From the NCBI GenBank assembly GCA_964641255.1, contig CAZXMM010000001.1, positions 143,757-207,756 of the forward strand: a stretch of DNA of 64,000 nt. Direction: 5' to 3'. Shown piece after piece: positions 18,156 through 29,797 of this stretch. A program made the position numbers and the translations under genes. Every line of letters begins with the position of its first letter. Positions within the stretch are counted from its first letter, which is position 1. The DNA comes from an uncultured Gammaproteobacteria bacterium. Lineage in GTDB: Bacteria > Patescibacteriota > Microgenomatia > JAMCZE01. A model generated the notes under the pieces. It was given only the letters and a program-made list of their open reading frames with translations, had not been told where the DNA came from and searched no databases.

Positions 18156-20462
18156 ATGACCCGAACATTTCCTGTGATTGGCATGCACTGTGCTTCTTGC
18201 GCCGCAGTTATTAAGCGGAAACTGGAAAAAATTGACGGGATTGACTCTTGTGTCGTTAACTTTGGAACAGAAAGGGCTGAAGTTACTTTTAATCAAGCGA
18301 AGACCTCAGTTTCTAGGATGAATGAAGAGATCGGTCAACTGGGATACTCCCTAATGGATGCAGACATAACGATCGGTATGGATGACTCAGGCAACGTGGA
18401 CTACGCCTCAATGACACCCGTCTCTTCAGGCGTAAAGATCAAGGAACAAAAGCTCCGTGAGCTCACTAAGCTGAGGCACTACATTCTAATCGGCTTACCA
18501 ATGGTAGCCATAAGTGTGATTGTCATGGTGGCGGAAATTGGCGCTGAGCCTTTAAGACTATGGCCAAAGTTGCCAGAAATGGTGATGATTTTTTTTCACC
18601 ACCTGCTCCCGATTTTGGCTACTTATGCACTTTTTGTGGTTGGTGCTCCGTATCTTCGGGGGGTAGCGAGGTTTCTTAAATACCGAGTGGCCAACATGGA
18701 TACACTCGTTGGGATAGGAACGGCGGTGGCATTTTTTTATAGCTTTATTATTACTGCTTTTGAAGGCATTTTAGCGCCATTTATTAATACCCAACAAAAC
18801 TACTATGACGTTACTATCGTAGTTATTGGCTTTATTACCTTGGGTAAGTTTCTCGAGGCCAGATCAAAACTGCAAACTGGGGAGGCGATAGAAAAGCTCC
18901 TCGGATTACAAGCGAAAAATGCACTGGTACTTCGGGAAGGAAAAGAAATCGAACTTCCCATAAATCGGGTAGCGGTGGGTGATATCGTCATTGTTAAGCC
19001 CGGCCAAAAAATTCCGCTTGATGGAATAATTGTAGGGGGGAGATCTGCGGTTGACGAGTCCATGATTACCGGAGAATCGCTTCCTGTTGACAAGGAAGTA
19101 AATGACATGGTGATTGGGGCGACGCTGAATAAGCAGGGATCTCTTCGAATCAAAGTAACTAAAGTAGGTGGCCAGACAGTGTTGTCACAGATTATCACCA
19201 TGGTGGAGCAAGCCCAGGGTTCAAAAGCGCCAATAGAACGACTCGCAGACCAGGTGTCAGCTATCTTTGTCCCCATTGTCCTAGTGTTGGCTATTCTCGT
19301 TTTTACCATTTGGTTGGTAGTGGGTTCCCAGTTCCTACCTTTCTCTCAGGCCTTTACACTGGGGATTTTAAGTTTTGTTGGCGTTCTTATCATTGCCTGT
19401 CCTTGCGCCATGGGACTGGCTACCCCGACTGCTATTATTGTTGGAGTCGGTAAAGCGGCCCAAAGTGGCATTCTCATTAAAAACGCTGAAAGTCTGGAAA
19501 AGTTTAGCGGAGTCAACTTTGTAGTCATGGATAAGACCGGAACCCTAACTAAGGGTGAGCCACAACTAACTGATATTCGAGGGGTTAGTGAACAGTCAGA
19601 AGAAAAAGTATTGCAACTACTCGGTTCTTTAGAAACCCACTCCGAACACCCTCTAGCTAGGGCAATAGTGAAGAGGACGCAGGAGGTCAAAACTAAACTT
19701 CTAAACGTACAAGACTTTGTAGCACTGGAGGGAAGAGGACTCAGAGGGATAATTGGCAAAACAGAGTACTATGCAGGCAATCTTAAACTAGCAGCCGATC
19801 TTAAACTCCAAGTGGACGAAGATATAATCACAGAACTCGTCGGGGAGGGTAAAACTCCAGTCTTACTTTTGACTAAAAAAGAGATTCTAGCCTATGTTGG
19901 CATCGCCGATATTATTAAAGACGACGCAAAAACTACTGTTGCCCAGCTCCATAGTAGTGGAATCAAGGTGGCTATGCTCACTGGTGACAACAAAAAAACC
20001 GCTCAGTACATTGCCTCACAAGTGGGTATTGACCGAGTCATTGCCGAGGTGTTGCCTGGCGACAAAGCGAATGCAGTCAAGAAACTTCAAACCGAAGGCT
20101 TTAAAGTCGCCATGGTGGGTGACGGTATTAATGATGCCCCCGCCCTGGCCACGGCTGATGTAGGGATTGCGATGGGCACGGGGACTGATGTCGCTATTGA
20201 ATCAGCCGGCATTACACTTTTAGGTGGCCATATCTCTAAGCTTCCCAGAGCTATTAAGTTGGCTCGTGCCACTATGCGAACCATCAAAACTAATCTTTTC
20301 TGGGCCTTTTTCTATAATATTATTGGCATCCCTGTTGCGGCGGGGCTGTTGTATCCAGTCTGGGGAATCCTACTCAATCCTGCCGTAGCGGGGGCAGCGA
20401 TGGGACTGTCCTCAGTCTTTGTAGTTGGCAATTCACTCTTACTTAAAAGAGTTAAAATTTAG
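18156..20462 (+). CDS. copA: copper-translocating P1B-type ATPase
   Basis: N-terminal HMA domain [19 protein letters not shown] motif [18 protein letters not shown] phosphorylation site, GDGINDAP hinge. Confidence 0.95.
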   Translation: MTRTFPVIGMHCASCAAVIKRKLEKIDGIDSCVVNFGTERAEVTFNQAKTSVSRMNEEIGQLGYSLMDADITIGMDDSGNVDYASMTPVSSGVKIKEQKLRELTKLRHYILIGLPMVAISVIVMVAEIGAEPLRLWPKLPEMVMIFFHHLLPILATYALFVVGAPYLRGVARFLKYRVANMDTLVGIGTAVAFFYSFIITAFEGILAPFINTQQNYYDVTIVVIGFITLGKFLEARSKLQTGEAIEKLLGLQAKNALVLREGKEIELPINRVAVGDIVIVKPGQKIPLDGIIVGGRSAVDESMITGESLPVDKEVNDMVIGATLNKQGSLRIKVTKVGGQTVLSQIITMVEQAQGSKAPIERLADQVSAIFVPIVLVLAILVFTIWLVVGSQFLPFSQAFTLGILSFVGVLIIACPCAMGLATPTAIIVGVGKAAQSGILIKNAESLEKFSGVNFVVMDKTGTLTKGEPQLTDIRGVSEQSEEKVLQLLGSLETHSEHPLARAIVKRTQEVKTKLLNVQDFVALEGRGLRGIIGKTEYYAGNLKLAADLKLQVDEDIITELVGEGKTPVLLLTKKEILAYVGIADIIKDDAKTTVAQLHSSGIKVAMLTGDNKKTAQYIASQVGIDRVIAEVLPGDKANAVKKLQTEGFKVAMVGDGINDAPALATADVGIAMGTGTDVAIESAGITLLGGHISKLPRAIKLARATMRTIKTNLFWAFFYNIIGIPVAAGLLYPVWGILLNPAVAGAAMGLSSVFVVGNSLLLKRVKI

Positions 20463-20465
20463 GCT

Positions 20466-21446
20466 ATGGATTTTTGGGCCATTTTTATCACGGGATTAAC
20501 AGTTGGAGGATTGACCTGTCTGGCTGTTCAGGGGGGATTATTGGCCTCAGTCATTGCGGTTCGAAAAGAAGAAACTTCCGCCAAGTCTAGTGGTGGGTTT
20601 TTCCTAGCTACAGGGGCCTTTTTAGTAACCAAACTGATTGCCTATGTAGCTTTGGGTTTTATTCTCGGGTGGTTTGGAGGACTAATTAACATTAGTAGTA
20701 GCGTACAGATTACCATGCAGCTGGCAGCCGGCATTTATATGCTGGCCGTAGCGGGTAACCTTCTTAATCTTCACCCCCTCTTTCGTTACGCAATTATTCA
20801 GCCTCCACGGTTTTTAACCCGGTTAGTAAGGAATCAATCAAGATCAAAAGATATTTTTGCTCCGGCTCTTCTTGGAGCAATGACTGTTTTTATTCCCTGC
20901 GGCACCACCTTAGCAATAGAAGCCCTCGTTATTAGTGGCGCCAATCCGTGGGTGGGTGCCACTATTATGGGAGTATTTGTAATGGGGACAATTCCGTTAT
21001 TTTTTGGTATCGGTTTTATAACTTCACTACTGGGAGAAACGTTTAGAGCTAAATTTTTTAAGTTAGCTGCTTTAGCCGTGATTTATTTGGGGGTGACCTC
21101 GATTAGTGGTGCCCTGATCGCCTTGGGAGTACCACTATCCTTATCTTCCTCACCAAATAAGCTTTACAGTGAATCACCTACCACCCAGAGTGCCGAGATT
21201 TTTATCACCTCGAGTGGATATTCTCCCAGCTATCTCCGCGTAAAAAAGGATTTGCCTGTCACCCTTAAATTGGTAAGTAGAGATGCTTATAGTTGTGCCT
21301 TGGCATTTCGCATTCCCTCGCTTGGTATCAGTCGAGATCTTGGGGCGAATGAAACGCAAACTATCACTTTTACTCCCACTAAAGCAGGTAAGATTCCGTT
21401 TTCTTGTTCGATGGGGATGTACCGGGGTGTAATTGAAGTTCTGTGA
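20466..21446 (+). CDS. multi-TM membrane protein fused to a C-terminal small Cys/Met-rich beta domain (cupredoxin-like), probable copper homeostasis
   Basis: about 230-aa polytopic N-terminal region; C-terminal about 90 aa with SCALAF ... FSCSMGMYRG; position between copA and copZ. Confidence 0.45.
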   Translation: MDFWAIFITGLTVGGLTCLAVQGGLLASVIAVRKEETSAKSSGGFFLATGAFLVTKLIAYVALGFILGWFGGLINISSSVQITMQLAAGIYMLAVAGNLLNLHPLFRYAIIQPPRFLTRLVRNQSRSKDIFAPALLGAMTVFIPCGTTLAIEALVISGANPWVGATIMGVFVMGTIPLFFGIGFITSLLGETFRAKFFKLAALAVIYLGVTSISGALIALGVPLSLSSSPNKLYSESPTTQSAEIFITSSGYSPSYLRVKKDLPVTLKLVSRDAYSCALAFRIPSLGISRDLGANETQTITFTPTKAGKIPFSCSMGMYRGVIEVL

Positions 21447-21658
21447 CTATGATCAAAATCAAGAAAAAATATAAAGTGGAGGGCATGCACTGTGCCAGTT
21501 GTGCCATGCTTATTGAAGGTGAATTAGAAGATATCGGGGTCTCGGCGAAATGCAGCTATGCGGCACAATTACTTGAGGTCGAAATTGAGCCGACTCAAGT
21601 TAGTGAGGACACAATCAAAGAAGCGGTTCATAAAGCCGGGTATAAGCTAGTTATTTAG
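21443..21658 (+). CDS. copZ: copper chaperone (HMA domain)
   Basis: [16 protein letters not shown] MxCxxC motif, 71 aa. Confidence 0.8.
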   Translation: MTMIKIKKKYKVEGMHCASCAMLIEGELEDIGVSAKCSYAAQLLEVEIEPTQVSEDTIKEAVHKAGYKLVI

Positions 21659-22111
21659 ATTGGCCTGTCCACCATTTCCGTATTTTAGGCGCCACACATT
21701 CATTAGCTCACAGAGTTGTTCTAATTTCATCCCATAGCCACTTTCCAAGGCGGCTTCGTATCCAGTCATAGCTTTTGCTAATTTTCGGGTAGTCACCAAG
21801 TCAGGATACGAATCGATGTAATCATAAAAGATTGCCCTCACACTACCGCTTGCCCCTGGCATTTTGTCGACTGTAAACTCCTTTACCTCTAACCATTTGG
21901 TAAGTTTTGTTCTAAACAGGCTTTTGACAGTAAAACCTTCTGGGGTGAGGAGGAGATAATTACTATCAGGAAAGAGCATTACTAAAAAAAGCAACGTACC
22001 AGATCCGAAGCAGATGAGATCGGCCCATACCCACCAGGATCTTTCGTTGCTGAAAAAAGCAACCAGACCGAGAGTAAAAAAATCAGACAGAAAGCTAGCA
22101 TTGATAGCCAA
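21647..22111 (-). CDS. hypothetical membrane protein
   Basis: 154 aa, three TM helices. Confidence 0.3.
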   Translation of the reverse strand: MAINASFLSDFFTLGLVAFFSNERSWWVWADLICFGSGTLLFLVMLFPDSNYLLLTPEGFTVKSLFRTKLTKWLEVKEFTVDKMPGASGSVRAIFYDYIDSYPDLVTTRKLAKAMTGYEAALESGYGMKLEQLCELMNVWRLKYGNGGQANLNN

Positions 22112-22149
22112 AACCAGGGGCTGTTTTTTAGTTTTAATCTCTCAGTCAT

Positions 22150-23073
22150 TTAAATTATCCCTGGGCTAGGGAGTCCCTTTAAATCTAAAATGCCCTGCTC
22201 AAGAGAGATTTTTGGTTGCCAACCCAACAGTTTCCTAGCCTTACTATTATCCGCTTGAGTAATAGGATATTCACCTAAACGTTCGGTAATATGGATATCT
22301 GGTCCGCCGATTAGCTGCGCTATTTCATTAATACTATAGTTTTTGCCTGTTCCTAGGTTAATAACTTCACCGGGAGGAATAACCTTTTGCCAAGCCAAGA
22401 TATTGGCTTCGACAATGTCAGACACGTGAGTGAAGTCGCGTCTTTGTTTACCATCGCCCACAATGGTCATGGGCCTACCCTCTCTGGTTTGTTTCAAAAA
22501 GATTCCGATGACCGTAGCGTAGGATCCCTCGGTTAACTGTCTGGGACCATAAACGTTAAAGTAGCGAAAGATTACGGTGGGCAAGCCATAGAGGCTACTA
22601 AACAGTTGGCAATATTGTTCGCCAACTAACTTTTGTAGCGCATAGGGGCTACTGGGATGGGTGGGAAGGGTTTCTTTAAGGGGAAAATTTTCGGTCGGTT
22701 GTAAACCATAAGCTGACGACGATCCGGAGTAAATTACTTTGGTGACTCCGTGTTTTTTTGCCGCCCAAAGAACATTCAAGGTGCCTGTTACGTTAGTGTG
22801 ATTGGCCGGAAGCGGGTCTTTAATTGAGGGTTGAATTCGGGCTAGGGCGGCGAGGTGAAATACTACCTCTACTTCAGCAAAGTGTTTTTCAATAACTGTA
22901 AAATCAGCGATGTCACATTCAATCAGCTTGGCTTTTGAGTTAAGATTATCCCGCTTGCCAGTAGAAAGATTGTCTAAAACAACAACTTCGTGGCCGTCAG
23001 TTATCAAGCGGTCAACGAGGTGAGAGCCAATGAATCCAGCTCCACCCGTGACTAATACTTTAGCTTTACGCAT
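22150..23073 (-). CDS. NAD-dependent epimerase/dehydratase (UDP-sugar 4-epimerase/decarboxylase family)
   Basis: VLVTGGAGFIGSHLVDRL Rossmann motif; YxxxK SDR catalytic pattern. Confidence 0.8.
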   Translation of the reverse strand: MRKAKVLVTGGAGFIGSHLVDRLITDGHEVVVLDNLSTGKRDNLNSKAKLIECDIADFTVIEKHFAEVEVVFHLAALARIQPSIKDPLPANHTNVTGTLNVLWAAKKHGVTKVIYSGSSSAYGLQPTENFPLKETLPTHPSSPYALQKLVGEQYCQLFSSLYGLPTVIFRYFNVYGPRQLTEGSYATVIGIFLKQTREGRPMTIVGDGKQRRDFTHVSDIVEANILAWQKVIPPGEVINLGTGKNYSINEIAQLIGGPDIHITERLGEYPITQADNSKARKLLGWQPKISLEQGILDLKGLPSPGII

Positions 23074-23134
23074 AAATAGTTAGATTAATAATAGCGCAAA
23101 GACCGAATAATGGGAACACCGCCTGGGAGTATAA

Positions 23135-23719
23135 TTGGGTATGGTTCGCAACCACAAGGTTTTTAGGGGAGATGAGCTCAAAGGAGCGGAACTGAGGGAC
23201 ACGACGTTTGAATGTTGTCAATTTCAGGATTTAAATCTCCATTTCACTTCGTTTAACAATTGTCAATTCCACAGCTGTGATCTGTCTGGTTGCAAATTTG
23301 ACCTTACCAGTGTTAACAGTTGTACTTTTGCCGAGAGCAAACTGAGTAATCTTGATTTTGCCGACCTAGTCGTAAGGGACTGTGACTTTTCTCGGGCGAT
23401 AATGGCCAATTGTGTTTTTGCTCAGTATAAATCTGGTAGCCATCAGGAAAAGAAGCTGTTTAAATTAGCAAATACTAGGTTTGATTATGCTGACTTGTCC
23501 CGATCAGTCTTTTCTTGGTGCGACCTAACTAGTAGCAGCTTTGTGGGAGCTAATTTGACTGAGGTGGTTTTGGAAAACTGCATACTGGTTAAGGCCGATT
23601 TAGCAAAGGCGGTCTTAGATAGAGTCACTATTACTGAGTGCAAAATTGATCAGACTAAGCTGGATTTGGGAGGGTTTATTACTTACGGCCGTTCCAAAGG
23701 TTTTAGTCTTGTTAGTTAA
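23135..23719 (+). CDS. pentapeptide-repeat protein
   Basis: tandem A(D/N)LxF-type pentapeptide repeats throughout. Confidence 0.7.
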   Translation: MGMVRNHKVFRGDELKGAELRDTTFECCQFQDLNLHFTSFNNCQFHSCDLSGCKFDLTSVNSCTFAESKLSNLDFADLVVRDCDFSRAIMANCVFAQYKSGSHQEKKLFKLANTRFDYADLSRSVFSWCDLTSSSFVGANLTEVVLENCILVKADLAKAVLDRVTITECKIDQTKLDLGGFITYGRSKGFSLVS

Positions 23720-23773
23720 ATTCTTGCAAAAGTTTAAAAAAGAAATATTATTAGTTAAGAGTATACTACTAGT

Positions 23774-24217
23774 ATGGGTAATTTCTTTTTAGTTTACGTC
23801 AACTACCTGGCTGTTCTTCTTGGAGGGATAGCGGCAATGGTAATTGGGGCGCTATGGTATGGTCCTCTCTTTGGTAAACCTTGGATGAAGCTAGTCGGTT
23901 GGGAGGAAAAGAAACAGGCTAAGGAAAGCAGTGACATGACCAAAACCTATGGGGTGATGTTTCTCGCCTCACTAGTGATGGCCTACACTCTAGCTCATTT
24001 TGTTTGGTACGCGGCTCCCGGGTCACTGACGCTAGTCATCTCCCTTAAAACAGCCGTTTGGTGTTGGGTCGGTCTAATTTTCCCCTTTGCCCTGTCTCGG
24101 TATCTATTCTCACCACAAAAGCGCTCACTCAAACTACTTGCTATTGATACCGGTTACTATTTAGTAACGCTTCTAATTATGGGCGTTATCTTTGCATCTC
24201 TCCAGTCTGCTCCCTAG
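23774..24217 (+). CDS. DUF1761 family membrane protein
   Basis: VNYLAVLLGGIAAMVIGALWYGPLFGKPW signature. Confidence 0.55.
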   Translation: MGNFFLVYVNYLAVLLGGIAAMVIGALWYGPLFGKPWMKLVGWEEKKQAKESSDMTKTYGVMFLASLVMAYTLAHFVWYAAPGSLTLVISLKTAVWCWVGLIFPFALSRYLFSPQKRSLKLLAIDTGYYLVTLLIMGVIFASLQSAP

Positions 24218-25581
24218 TCAACAAGACTAGTAACTTCGTTCATTTGTGGGGTGTGGATGAGATCGATTCCCAGGTCAGTTTTAATTTTTTGAGCCAGTAC
24301 CTGTCTGGGTCCATCATCTCCGTGGGTGAGAAATACTTGCTTAACACCGGAAATTGCCCCGAGCCAATTAAGCAGTCTGGGTTGGTCGGCGTGGGAACTT
24401 AGAGCTTGGGTTTCGTTAATACTGGCGTGAATCGGGACAAAGCGTTTGTCGATTTGGACTCTTTTCGCCCCCTCAAGAATTTCTCTCCCTAGAGTTTCTT
24501 CTCCTTGGTAGCCCACCAAAAGAAGTCGAGTAGTGCGCAGTGGTAAAAATTCCGCAGCGTGGGCGAGAATTCTACCTCCCGTCATCATGCCGGCCCCAGC
24601 AATAATCACTTTGGGGCCACTAAATTTTTTAATTCGCTGACTTAGTTTGTAGTCTTGGACAATTTCCAGGCCGGAAAAATCAAACACATTATCCACTGTT
24701 AGGCGTTTTTTAAAATCAGCATTAAAAAGATCTGGATAGTGGAGGTAGACCTCGGTCGCTCGAATGGCTAGTGGGCTATCTAAGAAAAAAGCGACTCGAG
24801 GGCTGACTCGGTTGCACTTTACTAGATCTCCCAGTAGCACTAAGATATCCTGAGTCCTCTCTAGTGCAAAAGCGGGGATCAGTAGTGTTCCTTCTGTCTG
24901 CTCAATAGCAGCAATTTCTTGGGCGAGAATATCCGACGGATTGTCTGTAGGATGAGCGCGGTCTCCATAGGTCGATTCCATGATTACCGTCTCGGCCTGG
25001 TCTAGTAGTTCAGTGGGTCGAAGAATCAGTTGGGGGGTGTTACCTAAATCGCCACTAAAGACTACGGTTTGTTTGTTGCCAGTGTCATCTCGTTTATCAA
25101 TTGTCACACTCGCTGATCCGAGTAGGTGGCCGGCGTCGTAGAAGGTAGCGGTAAAATCTGCCACCTTAAATTCTTCGTGGTAGCCAATCGTCTTAACTTG
25201 GCGAAGGATTTGGTCGACATCCTCTTCTGTATACAAAGGGCGATTATTATCCTTATGGCCACTTTTAGCGATTTTCGCTGAGTCCATTAGGATGAGTTCT
25301 ACTAAATCATAGGTGGCGGGAGTCATAAATATCGTTCCAGTAAAACCCTGGCGGCTAAGAAGTGGCAAGCGGCCACAATGGTCGAGATGGGCGTGGGTCA
25401 GGATAACAGCGGCAATGTTTTGAGGATTAAACTGTAGGGGTTGAAAGTTCCAAGCGGCCTCTTTTGCTGTCCCCTGAAACATTCCCATATCAATTAGAAT
25501 GCTGCTGTTTGGGCTACTGGTCAGTTGGTAACAAGAGCCGGTGACCATCCCGGCAGCACCTAGAAATTTAAGGTCCATCAT
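24214..25581 (-). CDS. MBL-fold metallo-hydrolase, beta-CASP RNA-metabolising family
   Basis: HAHLDHCG motif and downstream beta-CASP Asp/His positions. Confidence 0.7.
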   Translation of the reverse strand: MMDLKFLGAAGMVTGSCYQLTSSPNSSILIDMGMFQGTAKEAAWNFQPLQFNPQNIAAVILTHAHLDHCGRLPLLSRQGFTGTIFMTPATYDLVELILMDSAKIAKSGHKDNNRPLYTEEDVDQILRQVKTIGYHEEFKVADFTATFYDAGHLLGSASVTIDKRDDTGNKQTVVFSGDLGNTPQLILRPTELLDQAETVIMESTYGDRAHPTDNPSDILAQEIAAIEQTEGTLLIPAFALERTQDILVLLGDLVKCNRVSPRVAFFLDSPLAIRATEVYLHYPDLFNADFKKRLTVDNVFDFSGLEIVQDYKLSQRIKKFSGPKVIIAGAGMMTGGRILAHAAEFLPLRTTRLLLVGYQGEETLGREILEGAKRVQIDKRFVPIHASINETQALSSHADQPRLLNWLGAISGVKQVFLTHGDDGPRQVLAQKIKTDLGIDLIHTPQMNEVTSLVD

Positions 25582-26714
25582 GAGTTAGTGGCTACTGCCG
25601 TAGCGACAATTTCTGCTAGATTGGGAGTAAATGGACCAGGAATGATTAAATCGGGAGTCGGATCACTAATGGTTTGCGCAATAGCTTTAGCGGCAGCTAC
25701 TTTCATGGCTGGACTAATTTTACTGGCTCGACAGCGTAGCGCTCCCAAAAATATTCCCGGGAAAGCCAAACTATTATTGATTTGGTTGGGAAAATCTGAC
25801 CTACCGGTGGCCACAACATATGCTCCTCCTTGTTTGGCCATTTCGGGCATAATTTCGGGAGTAGGGTTGGCTAGGGCAAAAATAATTGGCCTACTAGCCA
25901 TCAAGGTAATAGCCTCGGGTTTTAGCACATCAGGCTTGGACACTCCAATAAAGACGTCAGCTCCCTTAAGAGCGGCGTTTAAGTCGCCTTGTAAGTTGCC
26001 TTTATTAGTAAATTCGGCGAGTGCCCTCTTGTAGGGATGTAGATCATTTCGCGCTTTACTAATAATTCCCAAACTATCCACCAGAATGATGTTGTTAACC
26101 AGTGGTTCCAAAATCTTGGCAATGGCGCTACCTGCCGCACCGGCGCCCGAAATTACTACTGTTAAACTGGCTAAATCTTTTTGGGTCACTTTACTGGCAT
26201 TGATTAATCCGGCTAGGGCGACTACCGCTGTCCCGTGTTGGTCATCGTGCATGATTGGTATTCCCAAGTTCTGGAGCCGGTCTTCGATCTCAAAACAGCG
26301 TGGGGCGGAGATGTCTTCCAGGTTGATTCCCCCAAAGACTGGAGCGAGTAGCTTAACGGCTTTAATAATTTCCTCACTATCTTGGCTATCAAGACAGATG
26401 GGGAAGGCATCAATATTGGCAAACGTTTTAAATAGCGCCGCTTTTCCTTCCATAACTGGTAAGGCGGCTTCGGGGCCAATATTGCCCAGTCCTAGAACCG
26501 CCGACCCATCGGTAACTATGGCTATAGTGTGGCTTTTGATCGTTAAATCGTAAGCGGCTGCTTTATCCTTCGCAATTAGTTGTGAAACTGCGGCAACACC
26601 AGGGGTATAGCTTAGAGCGAGCTCTTCTTTGGTGGTAATTGGGACTACGACCGCTGTTCCAATTTTCCCTCGATATTTTCGGTGTAGCGAGACTGCTTGC
26701 TCGTCAATTGTCAT
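25578..26714 (-). CDS. NAD(P)-dependent malic enzyme (short form)
   Basis: strong match to the malic enzyme N-terminal and NAD-binding regions (VVTDGSAVLGLGNIG, GAGAAG). Confidence 0.85.
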   Translation of the reverse strand: MTIDEQAVSLHRKYRGKIGTAVVVPITTKEELALSYTPGVAAVSQLIAKDKAAAYDLTIKSHTIAIVTDGSAVLGLGNIGPEAALPVMEGKAALFKTFANIDAFPICLDSQDSEEIIKAVKLLAPVFGGINLEDISAPRCFEIEDRLQNLGIPIMHDDQHGTAVVALAGLINASKVTQKDLASLTVVISGAGAAGSAIAKILEPLVNNIILVDSLGIISKARNDLHPYKRALAEFTNKGNLQGDLNAALKGADVFIGVSKPDVLKPEAITLMASRPIIFALANPTPEIMPEMAKQGGAYVVATGRSDFPNQINNSLAFPGIFLGALRCRASKISPAMKVAAAKAIAQTISDPTPDLIIPGPFTPNLAEIVATAVATNS

Positions 26715-28176
26715 TAGGACTCGGTTGGTTCTTAATCCTCAAACGACCCTTTTCTTGATATTCCTCTTCTGACCCTACGGCGTCGAAATCAACTGGTGTT
26801 TTGGTTACAACAGCTGTAGCTGCTGCTAATCCCATCTCAAGTGAATGATCCTGATTAGTATAGCGAAATCTGCCAGGTCTGCCAATATTGGCAAGATTAG
26901 TGAAATGGTCGAGATATTTATTGATTGCCTTAAGGTGTTTTTTGTAAGCTAGATCATAGACGGGGTAAACGTTAGGTTGTCTAAAGATATAACTAGCTAT
27001 AACCTCGCTTTTTTGGATGAAGCCTAATTTTTCTAACCAAGTAACGGTCAGATCCTCTAGTTCGTTCTTGGACATTGTCCAGGTAGTATCACCTTCCCAA
27101 CAAAAATATTCGACAAATAAGGATGTTTTTGTTTTGGGTGCCATTAGGGGAGAAAAATTTTTCATTTCCGAGATCCGGCCAAAAGGGATGTCCTTATCAG
27201 GAAAATAAATCCACTGGTCAAGACTGACTGACGGTTTATCAATAGTTAAAAATAAGTAGACCTGAGCTCTAAAGCGCAGTTTAGTAGTAGCGGTTTGGAT
27301 GTCTTTGGGGGCGGGCGGGTCGAGTAGGGAGACTAAAGTAGTAATTGGGATAGAGGTGATGACTGCCTCTAAGTTAGAGTAGGTAACTTTATTACTGAGC
27401 GTAACACTGGTAATTTTTCTGCCATCATGTTTAATAGCGGTGGGGGTGGTGTTTAGCAAAATGGGGTTATCATTTTTGATTTTAGCCGCAATGGTGTCAT
27501 AAATTAAACCAGTACCTGATTCCGGGTAGTAAAATTCATCAGTCATGGTTCTTGGGGAAAACTTTTTAAGTAGCGTTCCCTTAATTAGCGAGGTGATTGA
27601 GAGGTTGGGTATTCGTTGGGTAGACCAGTCAACAGACATTTGTGTTGGGGGGATGCCCCAAATTTTGGCATTATAATGAAGCATATTAAATTCAGCTAGG
27701 GACCGGCCAAATGTGCTGACGGCGAATTCCTCAAAATTTTTGGGCTTACGAGGAGTAATTTTATTGCGTACCCTTTCAATTAAAAAATCACCAATAATGC
27801 GCACCATCCGCATTTTTTCCATAGTCAGTAAAACATTACCGGGTTTAATGGGCCAATGGTAAAAGCGTCCATTAATAAAGAAGCGGGTATGGCGCTTTAC
27901 TCGGATCCACTTTTCGTTTAACAGCCCTTCAATAAACTCGTAAAGTTTGGGATTTTTTGAAAAGAAGCGGTGGGGGCCATTATCGGTGCGAAAATTTCCA
28001 ATTTGATAGGTTTTAGATAGACCGCCAACCCTAGTGTCTTTTTCAACTACAATAAACTTTCTCCCTTGTTGGCTGAGTCCCATTGCCGCGGCCATACCGG
28101 CCGGACCAGCTCCAATAATGAGGATTTGTTTTTTAGTGTCTACTTTTTGCTTCATTTGTCTGACAGATTTTAGCAC
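26704..28176 (-). CDS. FAD-dependent oxidoreductase (amine oxidase/protoporphyrinogen oxidase-like family)
   Basis: ILIIGAGPAGMAAAMGL...VVEKDTRVGG dinucleotide-binding motif. Confidence 0.65.
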   Translation of the reverse strand: MLKSVRQMKQKVDTKKQILIIGAGPAGMAAAMGLSQQGRKFIVVEKDTRVGGLSKTYQIGNFRTDNGPHRFFSKNPKLYEFIEGLLNEKWIRVKRHTRFFINGRFYHWPIKPGNVLLTMEKMRMVRIIGDFLIERVRNKITPRKPKNFEEFAVSTFGRSLAEFNMLHYNAKIWGIPPTQMSVDWSTQRIPNLSITSLIKGTLLKKFSPRTMTDEFYYPESGTGLIYDTIAAKIKNDNPILLNTTPTAIKHDGRKITSVTLSNKVTYSNLEAVITSIPITTLVSLLDPPAPKDIQTATTKLRFRAQVYLFLTIDKPSVSLDQWIYFPDKDIPFGRISEMKNFSPLMAPKTKTSLFVEYFCWEGDTTWTMSKNELEDLTVTWLEKLGFIQKSEVIASYIFRQPNVYPVYDLAYKKHLKAINKYLDHFTNLANIGRPGRFRYTNQDHSLEMGLAAATAVVTKTPVDFDAVGSEEEYQEKGRLRIKNQPSPNDN

Positions 28177-28234
28177 CTTCCCAGTTCAAAAGTTAGTGAT
28201 AGAATAGACTGACAAGCACTCAAATATATATAGT

Positions 28235-29237
<1,003 letters not shown>

Positions 29238-29290
29238 CGGAGTCTGAGATAAACTTGCTCAGACTTTGGGCTGAATAATTTGTATTTCCT

Positions 29291-29797
29291 ATGGAGGCAC
29301 TTGGAATTAACCCGATTTATATTATCGCCCAGCTGATTAGCTTTGGAATTTTGTTTGCGGTTCTGGGGAAATTTCTTTATCCCCAATTAAGAAAAGCGCT
29401 CGAAGAGCGTCGGGCGCGAATTGCTGCTGCCATTGAAAAGGAGCAGGAACTAACAAAAAAAGTGGAAAAGCTGGCCCTTGAGAGTAAGAAGCGTCAACAA
29501 GAATCCCAGGCTGAAGCTCGGGCTGTTCTGGCAGAGGCCAAAAAAGCCACCGAGGAGCTTAGGAAACAAATTTTGGCAGAATCGGAAGAAAAGAGCCAGC
29601 GGATTGTTGAAGAAGCTAAGGTGCGCATTGAAGAAGAAAGAAAGCAAGCCGAAGTTGCTCTTAGGGGGCACGCAGCTGCCTTGGGCCGTCAGATGGCGGA
29701 GCAGATTTTGGCAGAAAACCAAACAACCGCTAAAGGTCGCAGAACTGATTTTGAAAACACGCTTAAGAAATTAAAAAAACAAAAACCTAAGGAATGA
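29291..29797 (+). CDS. atpF: F0F1 ATP synthase subunit b
   Basis: single N-terminal TM helix then charged coiled-coil; operon position. Confidence 0.8.
   Translation: MEALGINPIYIIAQLISFGILFAVLGKFLYPQLRKALEERRARIAAAIEKEQELTKKVEKLALESKKRQQESQAEARAVLAEAKKATEELRKQILAESEEKSQRIVEEAKVRIEEERKQAEVALRGHAAALGRQMAEQILAENQTTAKGRRTDFENTLKKLKKQKPKE

Noticed and set aside
18803-20287. Antisense ORFs (168, 137 and 66 aa) inside copA
   Set aside because: They lie entirely within and opposite a strongly supported P-type ATPase gene. Their Ser/Thr/Pro-rich low-complexity translations are typical of antisense frames of GC-rich coding sequence.
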